Of a stretch of DNA of 64,000 bases, positions 1 to 12,958 are shown piece after piece. Within the stretch, counting starts at the first letter, position 1. Every line of letters begins with the position of its first letter. The position numbers were made by a program, and so were the translations under genes. The stretch lies in contig NC_043008.1 in the NCBI RefSeq assembly GCF_006345805.1, forward strand, positions 46,438,001 through 46,502,000. The letters are read 5' to 3'. The DNA is from Octopus sinensis. Taxonomy: Eukaryota. Under the pieces are notes generated by a model that was not told the origin of the DNA, did no database searches, and was given only the letters and a program-made list of their open reading frames with translations.

Positions 1-678
1 ACACCTCACACGTTCCACGCGCACAAACATGCACACACACACACAATGGAACCAGCAGCTGAGAGTGGAGTGCCTTTGGCATCACACTCTTTCCTCCTCC
101 TCTCTGGGATCTTAGGCTCCAGCCGTACACCCTCCACAGCCCATCCCATCTTAATCGGTATGCACTCCAGCCTGGTTTCCTTTCAGCCATCGCCAACATG
201 TAATGGTTTCGCAATACACTTATATACGATGACGACCAAAACATAGTCTTTGAAAAGAAACAAAATCCGAACATCGATCGCTAAAAGAAGTCTTGTACAC
301 ACGCACGGCAACATCGAATGTTAGGTGGAGTTGTCGTTTTCTATTTAAAGCTAAAGGCGAGAGGCAGCTTTGAATGTGTTTATAATTTCTGTACTTCTTT
401 GCCTGGCAACTGATGAAGGGGAACATTCTTTATGTTGCATGTCGTGTTTCTCTGTTTTTTTCCTTGTTCGAAAATAAAGTTTGTTTTCCATGTTTTTGTT
501 TTTATGTTTTCGTTTCGCATTATGTTCAACGTTTTCTTTTTGTTTTCTGTTACCCATCAATGCATGTATATATACAGATATACATATATATGTAGGTATG
601 TACTTATATGTATGTATATATGCATATATTTATATATTATTATATAATCGAATCCCACGCCTCCTTTTCCAAATATGA

Positions 679-758
679 TTTATCTATCTATCTATCTATC
701 TATCTGTCTGTCTGTCTATCTGTCTGTTTGTTCGTCTGTCTTTCTGTCTGTCTGTCTC

Positions 759-825
<67 letters not shown>

Positions 826-922
826 GTCTGTCTGTCTGTCTGTCTGTCTGTATGTCTGTCTGTCTGTCTGTTTGTCTATCTATCTATCTATCAATTCATC
901 TATCTATCTATATATATATATA
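679..922. repeat. Compound (TCTA)n/(TCTG)n/(TA)n microsatellite
   Basis: Tandem tetranucleotide units are directly visible; source of the LSIY/LSVC pseudo-ORFs. Confidence 0.97.
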
Positions 923-1110
923 TAAGGTTAATCCAAACGGGAAAATAGACAAAACAACAACACAAGGAGGTGGAACAATTAAAGTATTATTATTAGGCGC
1001 TCAGGAAAAAGGGAAGAAGGAGGGTATGACGTTTCGAGCGGAGCTCTTCGTCGGAAACATAAGAGAAGAAAAAGAAAGATCCCGAGGTGGGCGAACGTAG
1101 GGAAAAAAAA
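923..1110 (-). mobile_element. Short dispersed repeat, probable Penelope-like terminal (pLTR) fragment, copy 1 of 3
   Basis: Aligns by eye with 48385-48560 (both share TTTCGAGCGGAGCTCTTCGTCGGAAACATA) and more loosely with 37551-37735. It abuts (TA)n and carries a hammerhead-like core on the minus strand. The PLE assignment is inference. Confidence 0.55.
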
Positions 1111-1139
1111 ACGCGACTGATTTTTACGAAGTGGGGAGA

Positions 1140-1298
1140 TGGATGACTATGTAGTAAGGGGCTTGCTTCAAAGCCACTTAGATTTGGGTTCAGTCCCACT
1201 GAGTGGCACATTTGGCAATAGTTGCCATCTACTTTAGCCTTACGCTGACCAAGGACTTATGAGTGGATTTCGCTGGCAGATACTAAAAGTAACACTTC
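1140..1298 (+). mobile_element. Degenerate 5' half of tRNA-derived SINE family A
   Basis: GGGTTCAGTCCCACTG (B-box-like) and GAGTGGATTT match the full copy at 34495-34890; followed by the family's internal microsatellite. Confidence 0.75.
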
Positions 1299-1586
<288 letters not shown>

Positions 1587-2126
1587 AATAAAGGTGAAAA
1601 TTGAATATTAATTTGGTTAATATCAATTTAAAGCCAGTGGCCTATTGAAAAATCTGAAGATTCAGAAAAATTATATTACATACATATAAGTCGGATGACC
1701 ACTAAGTGGAGATCCATTATGCTAGAAGTAGACTCCATATTGTCTGACCACTAAGAAAATATTGTTCTCAAGAAAATTCAGCAAACGCCAGAACATAGGC
1801 GTGCGAGACAAATGAAGAGATACAAAATATAAAGATTAAACACAAATCCGGTTTCATTGTTACCACTTACATAATACTTACGTTCAATGCTCAATATTCA
1901 CTCTCATGCGGACGTCCCGTTTATAGTTCTGCATGTTATATTTTGTTCTGAGAATCACACTGATGAATTGCAGACATTTAGGTAAGTATTACGTATGTGG
2001 TAACAATGAAATCTGGTTTGTGATTAATCTTTATAGTTTGTATCTTTTCATTTGTCTTGCTCGCCTACGTTCCGGCGTTTGCTGGATTTTCTTGAGAATA
2101 ATCTTTACTCAAAGAGTGTATGTATG

Positions 2127-2188
<62 letters not shown>

Positions 2189-2251
2189 TGTTTAGTCTCT
2201 CTCTCTTATGCATGTGTGTGTGTGGGTCTGCATTATTGATATTGATTTCAT

Positions 2252-2445
2252 ATTCTAGCACATGGCCATCAATTTCACGGGTAGGACTAAGTCGATTACA
2301 TCGCACACAAGAGTTCAACGGGTACTTATTTTATCGACCTGGAAAGGATGAAAGGCAAAGTCGACCGCGGAGGAATATGAACTTAGAACGAAAGGACGGA
2401 CGAAATGCCGCCAAGCATTTTGTAAGTGAGCTAACGATTCCGCCA
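2252..2445 (-). mobile_element. tRNA-derived SINE family B, diverged
   Basis: GTCGATTACATCG...GGATGAAAGGCAAAGTCGAC...GAAATGCCG...CTAACGATTC matches the copies at 30546-30770 and 11984-12196. Confidence 0.88.
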
Positions 2446-3288
2446 TGTTGTATGTGTTAATATATGTACAAATCTGCCGAGAGGAGTTTATGCGTCAAAC
2501 ATACTTCATTACGCAAAGGGTTATAATTTTTTTCCAAAATATTTTCCATTTTTCTTTGTCACTCTCTGTATGTTTGATATTAGTCTCCTAAATCAATTAA
2601 ATAAATAAATTAGTTAATTAACATATTAGTAATTCATAGCTATTTGAACTTTCTCTCACAATGAAATACTGACAGAATGGTTTATTTTAGATCGGTTGGC
2701 TTTGGGTTCTAATGCACGATTATCACAATTATATTATAACCATATGATCGATGTAGCAAAATGATTCATTTCTTATTGCAATTATATTTTATATTGGTAC
2801 TTAAAGTACTTTCTGTGGTTCATTTAAATATTGTCAAGTTATATTTTTTTTCTTTTATACGATGTGTGCATTAAATATGAGCTATATCTGTTATATTCGT
2901 CTCAGAATATGTTTTTTTTTTCATGTTTTTTTAAAATTTTATGACAGAACCACTTAATCGTCGGCCATCCGCTTTTTATGTTTGATTTTCACTTCATTGT
3001 TATTATTTAGTTTGGTAAAATAACGATGGAGATTCTAAGATCTTTTTGGCCACGTCTTTAAAACTTAATGAACCAATGAGAAAACATTAATCATTTTCAA
3101 TAACAAAAAGAAGGTCAAACTTATTATCTCTTAAATATAGCATGCTTGAAAGAGAAAGAAGTATTCAGGAACGTTACGATATATCCATGTCTGCCAGTAT
3201 AAATGCATACAGGAATTGTTTGTGTGTGTGTGATCATGCACGCGTGTGTATATTTATTTGCGTTAATGTATGTATGTATGTATGTATG

Positions 3289-3329
<41 letters not shown>

Positions 3330-5230
3330 TGCATCTGTGAATGTGTAACTGTACGAAAATTCGTCATACTTGTTTGTCTGATTTTATTAATAAGGAAGAA
3401 TCGAGTTCTTTGATTCCTCTTTTAGTGGTCGTTATTTGTTGAAAATAACGAACAGCGAGCAATAACTATTTTTAATGCAACATTTCTTTCGTGTTCATCT
3501 AAATCTGGAACTGAATTATTTTGTTAATGAATATGTAGAAAATTAAGCGGTTAGAATATGCTTGTGTATTGGTTTAATTTTCTGCGTTATGGAAAGTGAA
3601 CGTTATTTTGGAAAAATATTAGTAGAAAAAGTAATTTACTGATGAAAGAGCACGATGGAGTTCATTTGAGTGCATTCATATGAAACGAGTTATTACTTTC
3701 TTAAAATTAATTGAAATGGAAAAACTGAGAAAGTTTAAATTACATGTTGTGTTGTGTTGTTTGACCTTTTCTGTGGGAACGGAAATATTAAAACATTTAT
3801 CTTTCTACAACAAAGACAAGCCTCACAAACTAAATATTTTGTTATTTAAGTTTTGTCATGGCTTTGTTTGAGCGGCGAATGTTGATTGTTTTATTGGTTA
3901 CAAGTTATTTTGTGTTTCAATGATGGCTCAGTCGTGAAAGTAGTGTCTTTCGAATTGGAATTGTAATCTCCATCTGTACAGGTTTTGTCATTGCGATTTT
4001 ATAGATTTAAATATTTTCAAAGCAATTTTTACATTATAAACTGGGGATAATTTCAACCTCTAAAAATGCAATGAAACACTCATAGGCATTTATGTCTAAT
4101 GTCTGTCACAAATACGGATATCTGAAATACCCATATTTCACTTTAAATTACATAACATTGACATATGTTATCATTTGATTAGTTCAAGAGGAAAGATATT
4201 TTGTTGGTAATGTTCATTAATTTTTATGTAATGTAATTGTTTTTAATTACTGCAAAATGTTAATAGTTATAAAACTTACTGGTTGGTCTTTACTTAAATA
4301 TAGAGGATGTTGTCATTTTAATACTCTTTGCATACTCTCGTAACCGCTTCTGTTGTTTGCAATTGTATATACTGAATTTAACCCACTTAGGCAAATCAAC
4401 ACCGAAAGCAAACTCGATCAAATCCATCCGGTTTTTAAAAATTCCTCACAGAAAAGGTTCTATACATTTTTATTGGTAAATCTGTAAGCTTATATATATC
4501 CAATTCTAATTTTACTTCACATTTTCTTACATTGTTCCATTTATCGTTTCCTTTACGGGAGTTGTCTGCCTCTTATACCTTCTCAAAATATCTTTACTTT
4601 CAATGTGGTTAGGATTACTCGATTTGCCAACTCATTTGTGCTGTGCTTTTCTTTCCTACTTGACATTATCGGAACCTTACACTAGAAATGTTTCATTTAT
4701 TACTTTGTTTTCACGTGTAGCATTAATCCATTTAATCCTTGTGGTGCCATAAATGCACCGCATTTATTGGCTATAAAAACTTTATAACAACGACAGGAAC
4801 AGTGATTTCCATGGAACATGTATTGAACATGTTAGGAGTGGTTCTTGCCTCAATATATGATACAATAGTTTAGAAGACGTGTGATGTTGGGAGAGTGAGC
4901 ATGAGTGTTTGTCAGCTAATCTGACAAACATCCTCTGCGGAGATAACTTCTCTAAACATGTGAGTTGCAAGTTGTTTGCTCATTCAGGAATGTGGTGAAA
5001 ATATATTTTATTAGAATAATATCGAAATACTTCGTAAGAGAGAAGAACAAAGGAAAATAATCTATGAGATCGACTGCAGTGACGTTCGTTTTATTGATTT
5101 GTCTGACGGAGCCATATGGCACCGTTAGGAAATACACTGTGCTATATGTGCCATTTCCTATCTTTTTGGTTGTTTTCCTTGGAACATGGATTTTCCACAA
5201 CGGAAGCATGTTTTTTTTCTTACTATACGT

Positions 5231-5488
5231 GTTATTACTTCCGTCAAGGATGTTATGTTTTCGCAGGTGTTGGTCTGTCCGTCCGACTGTCTGCCCGTTT
5301 GTTTGTTAGCAATATACCTAAAAGTTATGGAAGGATTTTGATGACATTTTCAGGAAATGTTCAAAATAGGACAGAGAACATATCATTTGGTTTTGGAGTT
5401 GATCCGGTGTAAACCAAACTATGGGATTCGTGGAGGGCCATGTTGCCGGGCGGAGGACTGCACATTCCGAGTGCTAAAGTTTCTAGTT
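5231..5488 (+). mobile_element. Non-autonomous Helentron-type element (HINE/DINE-1-like) nested in the piggyBac
   Basis: 5' TTATTACTTCCGTCAAGGATGTTATGTTTTCG, internal (GTCY)n/GTTT microsatellite, 3' sub-terminal inverted motif GGCGGAGG, short GCAC..GTGC hairpin, then CTAGTTT in a T-rich site. This architecture matches the HINE description. Confidence 0.7.
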
Positions 5489-5516
5489 TTACACTAATGT
5501 GTATTTCTGTCAGGAA

Positions 5517-7127
5517 ATGCGAGATCTCCCTTTGAATGAAAGTTTGAGTATTCTTGAACAGGAAGACGGTGGCCCATGTGATATTTTCATTGAACCCCCG
5601 GAAGTTACTGGCCTGACAGATGAGGATTCGGTGAAAGAAGATGAAGCTGGCACCGTTCAACACACTCATCACCTCTCAGGCAAATAACTTCGCGCCTCAG
5701 CAGAATTGCAATCACGAAGTACGAAGAAGAAAAGATAACAAAGTGATGCAGAAAGTAAGTTCTGCTGAAACTGAACAGGCTTCGGGTACAGGAAATAAAA
5801 GAAAAATGCCAAATTACTTTGAACACGACCGAAGCACAGGTGATGCCCTCCTTTTTTCCTGAGTGTAACTATTCAAAATACAGGGATTTTAATGAAGTGG
5901 AATTATTTGAGCTATTCTATAACGATGATATAATTGAGCACCGAATGAAAGAAATGAGAAAATACTGCTTCAAAAAGAACTGGACTGATATAAATACATT
6001 ATTGAATAAATTCAAAGTGTTCCTTGCAATTTCTATAGTTTCAAGATATAATCAATTACCATATGTATAAGTCATATACCTCGACATATGTATTGGTCAC
6101 ATACATCATTCAATGAGACGCGACAGGTTCGATGTTCTAATGCGTAGTCTTCACTTCAATACAGCAAATGATATCAATAAAAGTGATAAATTTGCAAAAC
6201 TGCGACTGTTCGTATCACATTTACGAAAGAGATTTATGGAACATTTTGTTCCAGCACCAAGTATTTCACGTGATAAAGCAATGGTGGAATATTTTGGCAA
6301 GCATAGCTGCAAGCAATCTATTCACAATGAACCTATAAGATTCGGATATAAATCTGGTGTCAAAATACGTCTGCAGGATATATAATAGCTGTTGATCCTT
6401 ATCAAGGGAAGACCCACAGTGGAAATGTAGAATTAGAATCGACTTATGGAAAGTGTTCGTGAACAGTACTTCATTTCCTGGATTCCTATAGCGATAAGAA
6501 AAATCCCCTTCGTTATTATGTATAGTTTGATAACTTGTTCACATCAGTGCCAGTGAGGTTAGATGCTTCTTGTCCTCTTTATTCTGTACGCTGTTTAGAT
6601 AAAAATAAAAAGAACGATGCTCTTCAAAGACTGTCACTGGAGTCCCGGAATCCAATGATATAAAAATCACGTGATGGAAGGATAACGCTGTTGTGACAGT
6701 GGAATCCACCATTCATGGGAAGAACCCTGTTAGCAACGTCAAGCGCTGGTCTAACGAGAAGTCAAAATACATAGAGGTGCCGATTCCTCAGGCAGTTTAT
6801 AATTACAATAAGAATATGGGAGGAACCGATCAGATGGACCCAAACACGTGGGAACTGTAGATATCTCCAATCGAAATGCTTGGGTTTTAGCACGAGAAAC
6901 GTGTTCAGTTATCATCTCTTTCTTTCGAAGATTTCAGGTTTAGCCAAAAAGTTCCGGCAAAGACGGAAATCATGGCCAGGAGATTCTGATATGCGATACG
7001 ATGGTTTTGAACACAGTGCAACCAGTAGCTGGGAACAAGCGAAGCATATGTCAGGGAGAATTTTCTAAATCACAGACTCGACGTGGGATTATGTATCTCG
7101 TGTTTTGCAGATTATCATAAAAAATAA
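5517..7127 (+). pseudogene. piggyBac transposase pseudogene (PGBD2/PGBD3-like), with several stops and frameshifts
   Basis: Motifs in order: DIFIEPP..LTDEDS; FPECNYSKY..VELFELF; MRRDRF..LHF; SRDKAMVEYFGKH (first D); KPIRFGYK-like EPIRFGYK; FDNLFTS (second D, 6529); MGGTDQMD (third D, 6828); C-terminal VGLCISCFADYHKK* ending at 7127. Confidence 0.93.
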
Positions 7128-7233
7128 TCTGTTATTGCCGTGCCTAACTCATAACATATGAAATATATTGAAACAATGATAAAAGGAGCATTGTTTCAAT
7201 AATAATTACCATAAGATGTAAGATATTGCTTTT

Positions 7234-7295
7234 GGTCCTCTTTTGTAGCAGTGAAAATAAAGAAAACTTTATTTCCACTGCTACAAAATAGGACC
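7234..7295. repeat. 62-bp palindrome (29-bp arms, 27/29 matched, AAAA loop) in the piggyBac 3' region
   Basis: GGTCCTCTTTTGTAGCAGTGAAAATAAAG-AAAA-CTTTATTTCCACTGCTACAAAATAGGACC. Confidence 0.92.
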
Positions 7296-10200
7296 ATATT
7301 ATACTTTTGATTACTGAATAAAGAGGAAGAAATTACAACAGTTGTATCTTTGTACTCTTACTATGCAAGCGGTGCTATATGGCACCTGGGTTTATTTGAG
7401 AATGTATTTTGAACTTTAGATTTCTGGCATCAAATCAATGTAACTGGTGTTTAAACTAACCCTTAAACAAAATTTCAACAAAGTCAGAAATTGTTATTTT
7501 CGCAACAAATGGCTTAAGATAGTGGTGACAGTCTGGCGTGTCGCGTCGTTTTTTATCTTTGTTCTCACTTATTTAAATTCGTATTCCTACTGTTATTTAA
7601 AACACAGGTTTCTGATTCATGCAGATTCAATGTAGATATTTTATTTCCAAACCATTAAAAACCAGGTCTCTTATTTACTGCAGTGACGACAGTGTAACAC
7701 TAAAGATACAAGCAATCAATTTGTATAATAGACACTTGTGAGTTACTCAGACATTCATATCTGAAGTTTTCATTGGTATACAGGATATATACTCTACAAG
7801 TCGGCATTTGTCAGCTCATATTTTTCTAATGAAACCCATTTAGAAATTTCAACAAAACGTTCTTCTAGTGTTAAGAGTGACATTGTTGTGCCGAAAGTTC
7901 TCCCATATTATATATATAAATACAATTTACTTGATTATTCTGCTGTAGTTTGAAGTGCAGTAATAATCCTGAAAATCGAACCAGTATCTTGCAATGGCGA
8001 AGCCAATGAAGTTGGTTACCACCCATTCATCGACAAAGTATGGAGTCATTTAATATTTCACAAGTGTAGCGTTGATTATCATTCAATCTTCCCATTTTCT
8101 ATTCATGCCTTTGTCATTCTTTTATTTCATTAGAAATAAAAGCGAAATCTTCATGTGTTGATCAATTGAAACTTTGCTATACTTTCTGCTGGAACTGTAT
8201 TAAATAATCGTATTGACACAAATCGTCGCTATTATATGTTGAATACTTTTGTAAATCTTTCCAACCAGTTGGAGATTAATTATGCATCAGTAACAGGAGT
8301 GATGTCCTTAACATACATTTCAAACGTTCGGACATTAACGAATGAACCTGCCTGGGACAAAGATTTATCTCACTATTCTTTATTCTATTGACGATTCTGC
8401 GCTTACAGAAACAGATCTTATGATCAGAGTATCGAGGTTTGAAGAGGTTCAGAGGTATGTGAAGACACTGAATGTAAAGAAATGGGGCGGAAAGTGTAAG
8501 AAACATAATAGGCGGCTTGCAATGTTTTTCTCTAATTTCATTCATGCTTCAAGTTGAAATGCAATTCAACCTCAAATCGTTAAATATCATAATCAATCTT
8601 TCGTATTCTCGAGTTTTCATTTCTGACCATTGTAATGTCTTTCTCTTTTTCTTTCTATCATAATTCCCACGCATTCTCCAGCATGTGAGCATTTGTCACT
8701 GCAATATATATATATATATATATATATTAAAGATATTTACCTCCCAGGAGAGTAACACATTCAGCTTTAACAAACCTAACAATTTTTCAACATCTTCTAA
8801 TGGTGTTAAGATATTGCTTAACGCTAAGCAATGAATTTTATTACACAACTGGCATACATTATCCAAGAATGATATGCATTTTCTCTTGAGATGTATTTGT
8901 ATATAAGATACAGAATTGCAGCATAACTGTAAATGAGCAATTATCTGTGGATAGTTTACACCTGTTATCTTTCTGGTAAAACACGATCGCTTTCACAGTG
9001 ATCGTTAGGTATCATGTTTATTTTTAATCGACACACTCTGCTATTATTTGAGCAGCTTATTCATCGCGTAAACAATAGCAAAATGTGGCGAACTTCACTA
9101 AACCACGTACTGGATCGAGCGAAAATTTGCATCTAAATACCGACCAAGGAGATGTAAACCGCATTGATAGAGAACAACTACGACCAATTTGTAATAGTAG
9201 AAATATTCATAGTACAGCTACCACAGTAACAACGCCGGTTAATGGAGTTAGGTATTAGGACTGCCTTATATACAAATAAAAACGATAAATGAGCATGCAA
9301 AGATAAATCAAAATGCCCTCTGATGAATCTCTGTATGAGTAAAAATTTTATATATAAGTGTACCAAGCACCCAACGAGAGGACCCTTTACTTACACACAC
9401 ACACACACACACCACACACACACACACACATATATATATAACTAAATTATATATATGTTGAGTATCATTTGTTTCTGAGACAATGAAATGCGCTTCTGTT
9501 TCTCTAATCGACTTAACTGTTCTGCCTCATGCTTTTCGGTCAGGAAGCACACGTAACCATGAGCCATTCCAGCACTAAACCTTGAACATTCTCAAGGATA
9601 GATTCAGTTGCAAATATTATTATTTTTATTAATCGATATCACAACATTTAATTATATTTAGCTTATGTTACTTACGATCAGGCGTCATTTTCATTATTAT
9701 ATTTTGTCAATACAAAAGTAGAACTGATACGATACCAATGGTGCCGTTGACGAATGCTGCTGCTGCTGCTGATGATGATGGTTGTGGTGATGATGACGAT
9801 TGTGATGATTATGATGATTATTATGATGCCTCTCCTGCTGCTGCTACACAAGATGATTTGTGAAGTAGTAATGGTGGTGTTGATTATAAGGCAGAAAATG
9901 AATGAATGTAATCTAACAGAGTCTACAAGAGTTATTTTTGAAGAAACAAGATAAGCGAAAATATAATGAATTTTGTAATTAAAGTCTGCAATTTTCTTTC
10001 AGAATTTCTAATCATCCTAACTGCAACGAAAATAGTTTTAAACTAATTCTATAGAGGGAATTGCTTACATTAAAATATACAAGTTAAATTCATATCTTAT
10101 CAGTACAAATTTCATGCGTGTTTTGTCTCGAGGTGACAATAAATTAATATAGGCTAAGTTCACGCGGACGCGCGCATACATGCAGGAAGCATGTGCACAC

Positions 10201-11857
10201 GTAAACACATAGTCACACACGCACACACACATATATATGTGTGTGTGTGTGTATGCTTAGTACATGCATGTGTATACATATATATATATATATATGATAC
10301 ATACGCACAAACATGTGTATACTCAGAGAGAGGGGGGGATAGTGCGAGAGAAACCTCGACAGGTAGAAGGCATTCTTAATGTTCGGTCGTTCATAGTTGA
10401 AGATTTTCTTATGTAATTATTTTCAGATGTTTAATTACCAACCCTTAATAAGGAATCAATGATTAAATCCCATAATTAATAAGAGACGAAGAAACATGTT
10501 ACTTTGGTGCAATACAAGACCAACAAATCCAGTCTTTAGTAAAAGACGGATAATACATCATTGCATGGATCAAATATAAGCTGGTTATACAAAAGATTAT
10601 GGTTTCATTAAAAGTACATCGGACAAGTCACAATTTAGTATTTAAAGTAAATATTGAACTAAGTTGGTCATTCGTTAGAACGGCGGAGCAATAAGACAAC
10701 TTAATGCAGTAACAAAACCTATCCGAAATGAGGACAACCCACTTGCAACTAATGCTACCGAATGGGGATTGTTTCTGCTGCTTAAAAAAATTAGTTATAG
10801 CTAATTATTAATAACAAATTACAAAGATAAACCATACAAAAATGCATCATACATGGAATATAAACATATGAAAATAAAACCGATGAATCTGTGAAACCAT
10901 TTCACGTCTGGTTTTAATGATTTCCTTCTGAAACGGTCAGACTTAGAAATGTTACTGTAAAAGAGGCTAAGAAAATTTCCAGTTCCAAAACAGTCAATCA
11001 GGATTAAATAGAATATATTAGAACATTTCATAAAGCTTGTGGGAATACAGCCATACTGTAAATATAATAGGGTAGAAAAAAACAACCCGTCTACTTACAC
11101 CCGTATAATCCCGCCCACGCGCAAGTGAGCGCGTGTAACAAGTACGGGAAATAAAAGGCACAAGAGTTGGCAATATTGTTCCCATTTGCTGTTACCTCCG
11201 GGAAAAAACACCACAGGATATTTTAAAGTTTATAGCTCCCAAACAGAAAAAAGCACTCTTTTGAATCCAGGTTCGTCCTTTTAGCAGCCTTCAGTATCTT
11301 GTATCATGGGTGAATATTCTGTTTTATCTGTATTATTTCCTTAGAGTAAATTCAAAATGTTTCAAGAGAAGGAGGACAAGGCTGGTGTTATCTTCTTTTA
11401 AGTAAAAATATTTATCTAAATTGAATATATGGATCATTGTATTCTCGGTTTTAACGTGTGACGCAAACAAGATCCTTTGCAAAGAAATAACAGTAAATAA
11501 GATGACTAGGAATGAAATACATGCAAAGTAAAAAAATTATTAAAAAAAACACGCTCTTCGCATAGTGGGAATCAATTCTGCGAATTAAACACTGTCGCTC
11601 CAGATAAACTGTACCTACGAACCGGACAATCACGATTGGAAACGTCTTCTCAGTCAGGTAAATTCTGGAACGAAACAATAAAACCAACATCAAATTCAGC
11701 AGATATGTTTTAGATCAACGTTTCTGAGATGGATCTTGAGAGGCGAATGCTACATTTCGTCCGAATAAATTATATAGAAAAATAGTGAATTCTGAATACT
11801 CGATGGAAGACCCCTAATTACACTTCTCTTGAGTTGAGATAAAAACTATTTCAGAGA

Positions 11858-11894
<37 letters not shown>

Positions 11895-11983
11895 TTACAC
11901 GCATGTAAAATAGTCACAACTTGGTTTTGTAAATATTAAATCAAGTTTTAGTCAGTACAAACTGCCAATACATGTGTTGATTA

Positions 11984-12196
11984 AGAAACGTTAGCAAGTC
12001 GAGCGAAATGCTTACCGGTATTTCGTCTGCCGCTACGTTCTGAGTTCAAATTCCGCAGAGGTCGACTTTGCCTTTCATCCTTTCGGGGTCGAAAAATTAA
12101 GTACCGTTACGCACTGGGGTCGATGTAATCGACTTAATCCGTTTCTCTGTCCTTGTTTGTCCCCTCTGTGTTTAGACCCTTGTGGGTAGTAAAGAA
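11984..12196 (+). mobile_element. SINE family B, near full length
   Basis: Pol III B-box GAGTTCAAATTCC; body GGTCGACTTTGCCTTTCATCCTTTCGGGGTCG is shared with at least 8 other copies in the window. Confidence 0.92.
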
Positions 12197-12904
12197 TTAA
12201 ATATCATAAAAAAGGTCGGAGAGACGTTTAAAGTAACTTTAAAAAGCGCATTTAATTTCCATCACTCAGAGCGCACATTTGTATATGTATGTGTGTGTGT
12301 GTGTGTGCGTGTTTACTCAACACGGACAAACTAAGATTTTAATATTATTCAATTAGCCATCACTCTGTTCAGTAATATTTCACTAAAATTGCAATACACA
12401 GTACTGTGAGTTCGCATCCACTTCTGTCCTTGTATAGCGAAGTGCCTCTTTAAACTGTGTTTCTCTTCGTCTGTCAATAACACTATCTGTCTAATCAGTG
12501 TAGCATCAGTACAAGTGTAGATTAAGTGTGAATGACATATAGAAGTGGCAAAAGAAAATCATGAATATCAATCTGCGATATCCTTGTAGTTGCGTGAAGA
12601 GCCCAGTGTTATGAATACCAGTTACCGAAGTAATAAGGAGAAGCCGTGGTAGATGTTTATGGAAGCCAAGCGATTTATGTCCGTGTGTCTAATCAGCCAA
12701 ACATTAAATGTGTTCTCGCGAAGTTTATTCGATCGAGAAGTCGATGAATTCCTTATCAATCATTCAAAATGTTCTGAAAGCTGTAAATATTACTATAAGG
12801 ATGTTTCATGGTAAATGATATTCCCGTAATATAGGACTTCTTCGAACACTAAAGAATCCTTGGCGGAAGCAGTTATGTATCTAACTCTTATATTCTACAA
12901 TAAT

Positions 12905-12958
12905 GGCGGTGCCCCAGCATGGCCGCAGCTCGTGAGCTAAAACTAGATAAAATAAAAT
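12905..12958 (+). mobile_element. Isolated retroposon 3' tail (RTE-type; shared with SINE families A and C)
   Basis: GGCGGTGCCCCAGCATGGCCGCAG + hairpin + A-rich repeat tail. Confidence 0.75.

Larger units (their letters stand above)
4736..7390 (+). mobile_element. Decayed piggyBac DNA transposon
   Basis: The left end follows TTAA (4732-4735) and contains GGTGCCATAAATGCACCGC. The right end contains its imperfect reverse complement GCGGTGCTATATGGCACC (7369-7386), followed by TGGG and TTTA. A piggyBac transposase pseudogene lies inside. Confidence 0.8.

Noticed and set aside
410-450. CUGAUGA followed by AGGG..UUCUU and CAUGUC (possible hammerhead relic)
   Set aside because: No GAAA and no stem I pairing.
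1653-1670. TCTGAAGATTCAGAAAA (CUGAAGA...GAAA)
   Set aside because: No stem II is possible; it is just a 6-bp hairpin.
8409-8454. Possible 46-nt + strand exon (TDLMIRVSRFEEVQ; donor GAG/GTATGT)
   Set aside because: Weak polypyrimidine tract and no recognisable homology; expected by chance.
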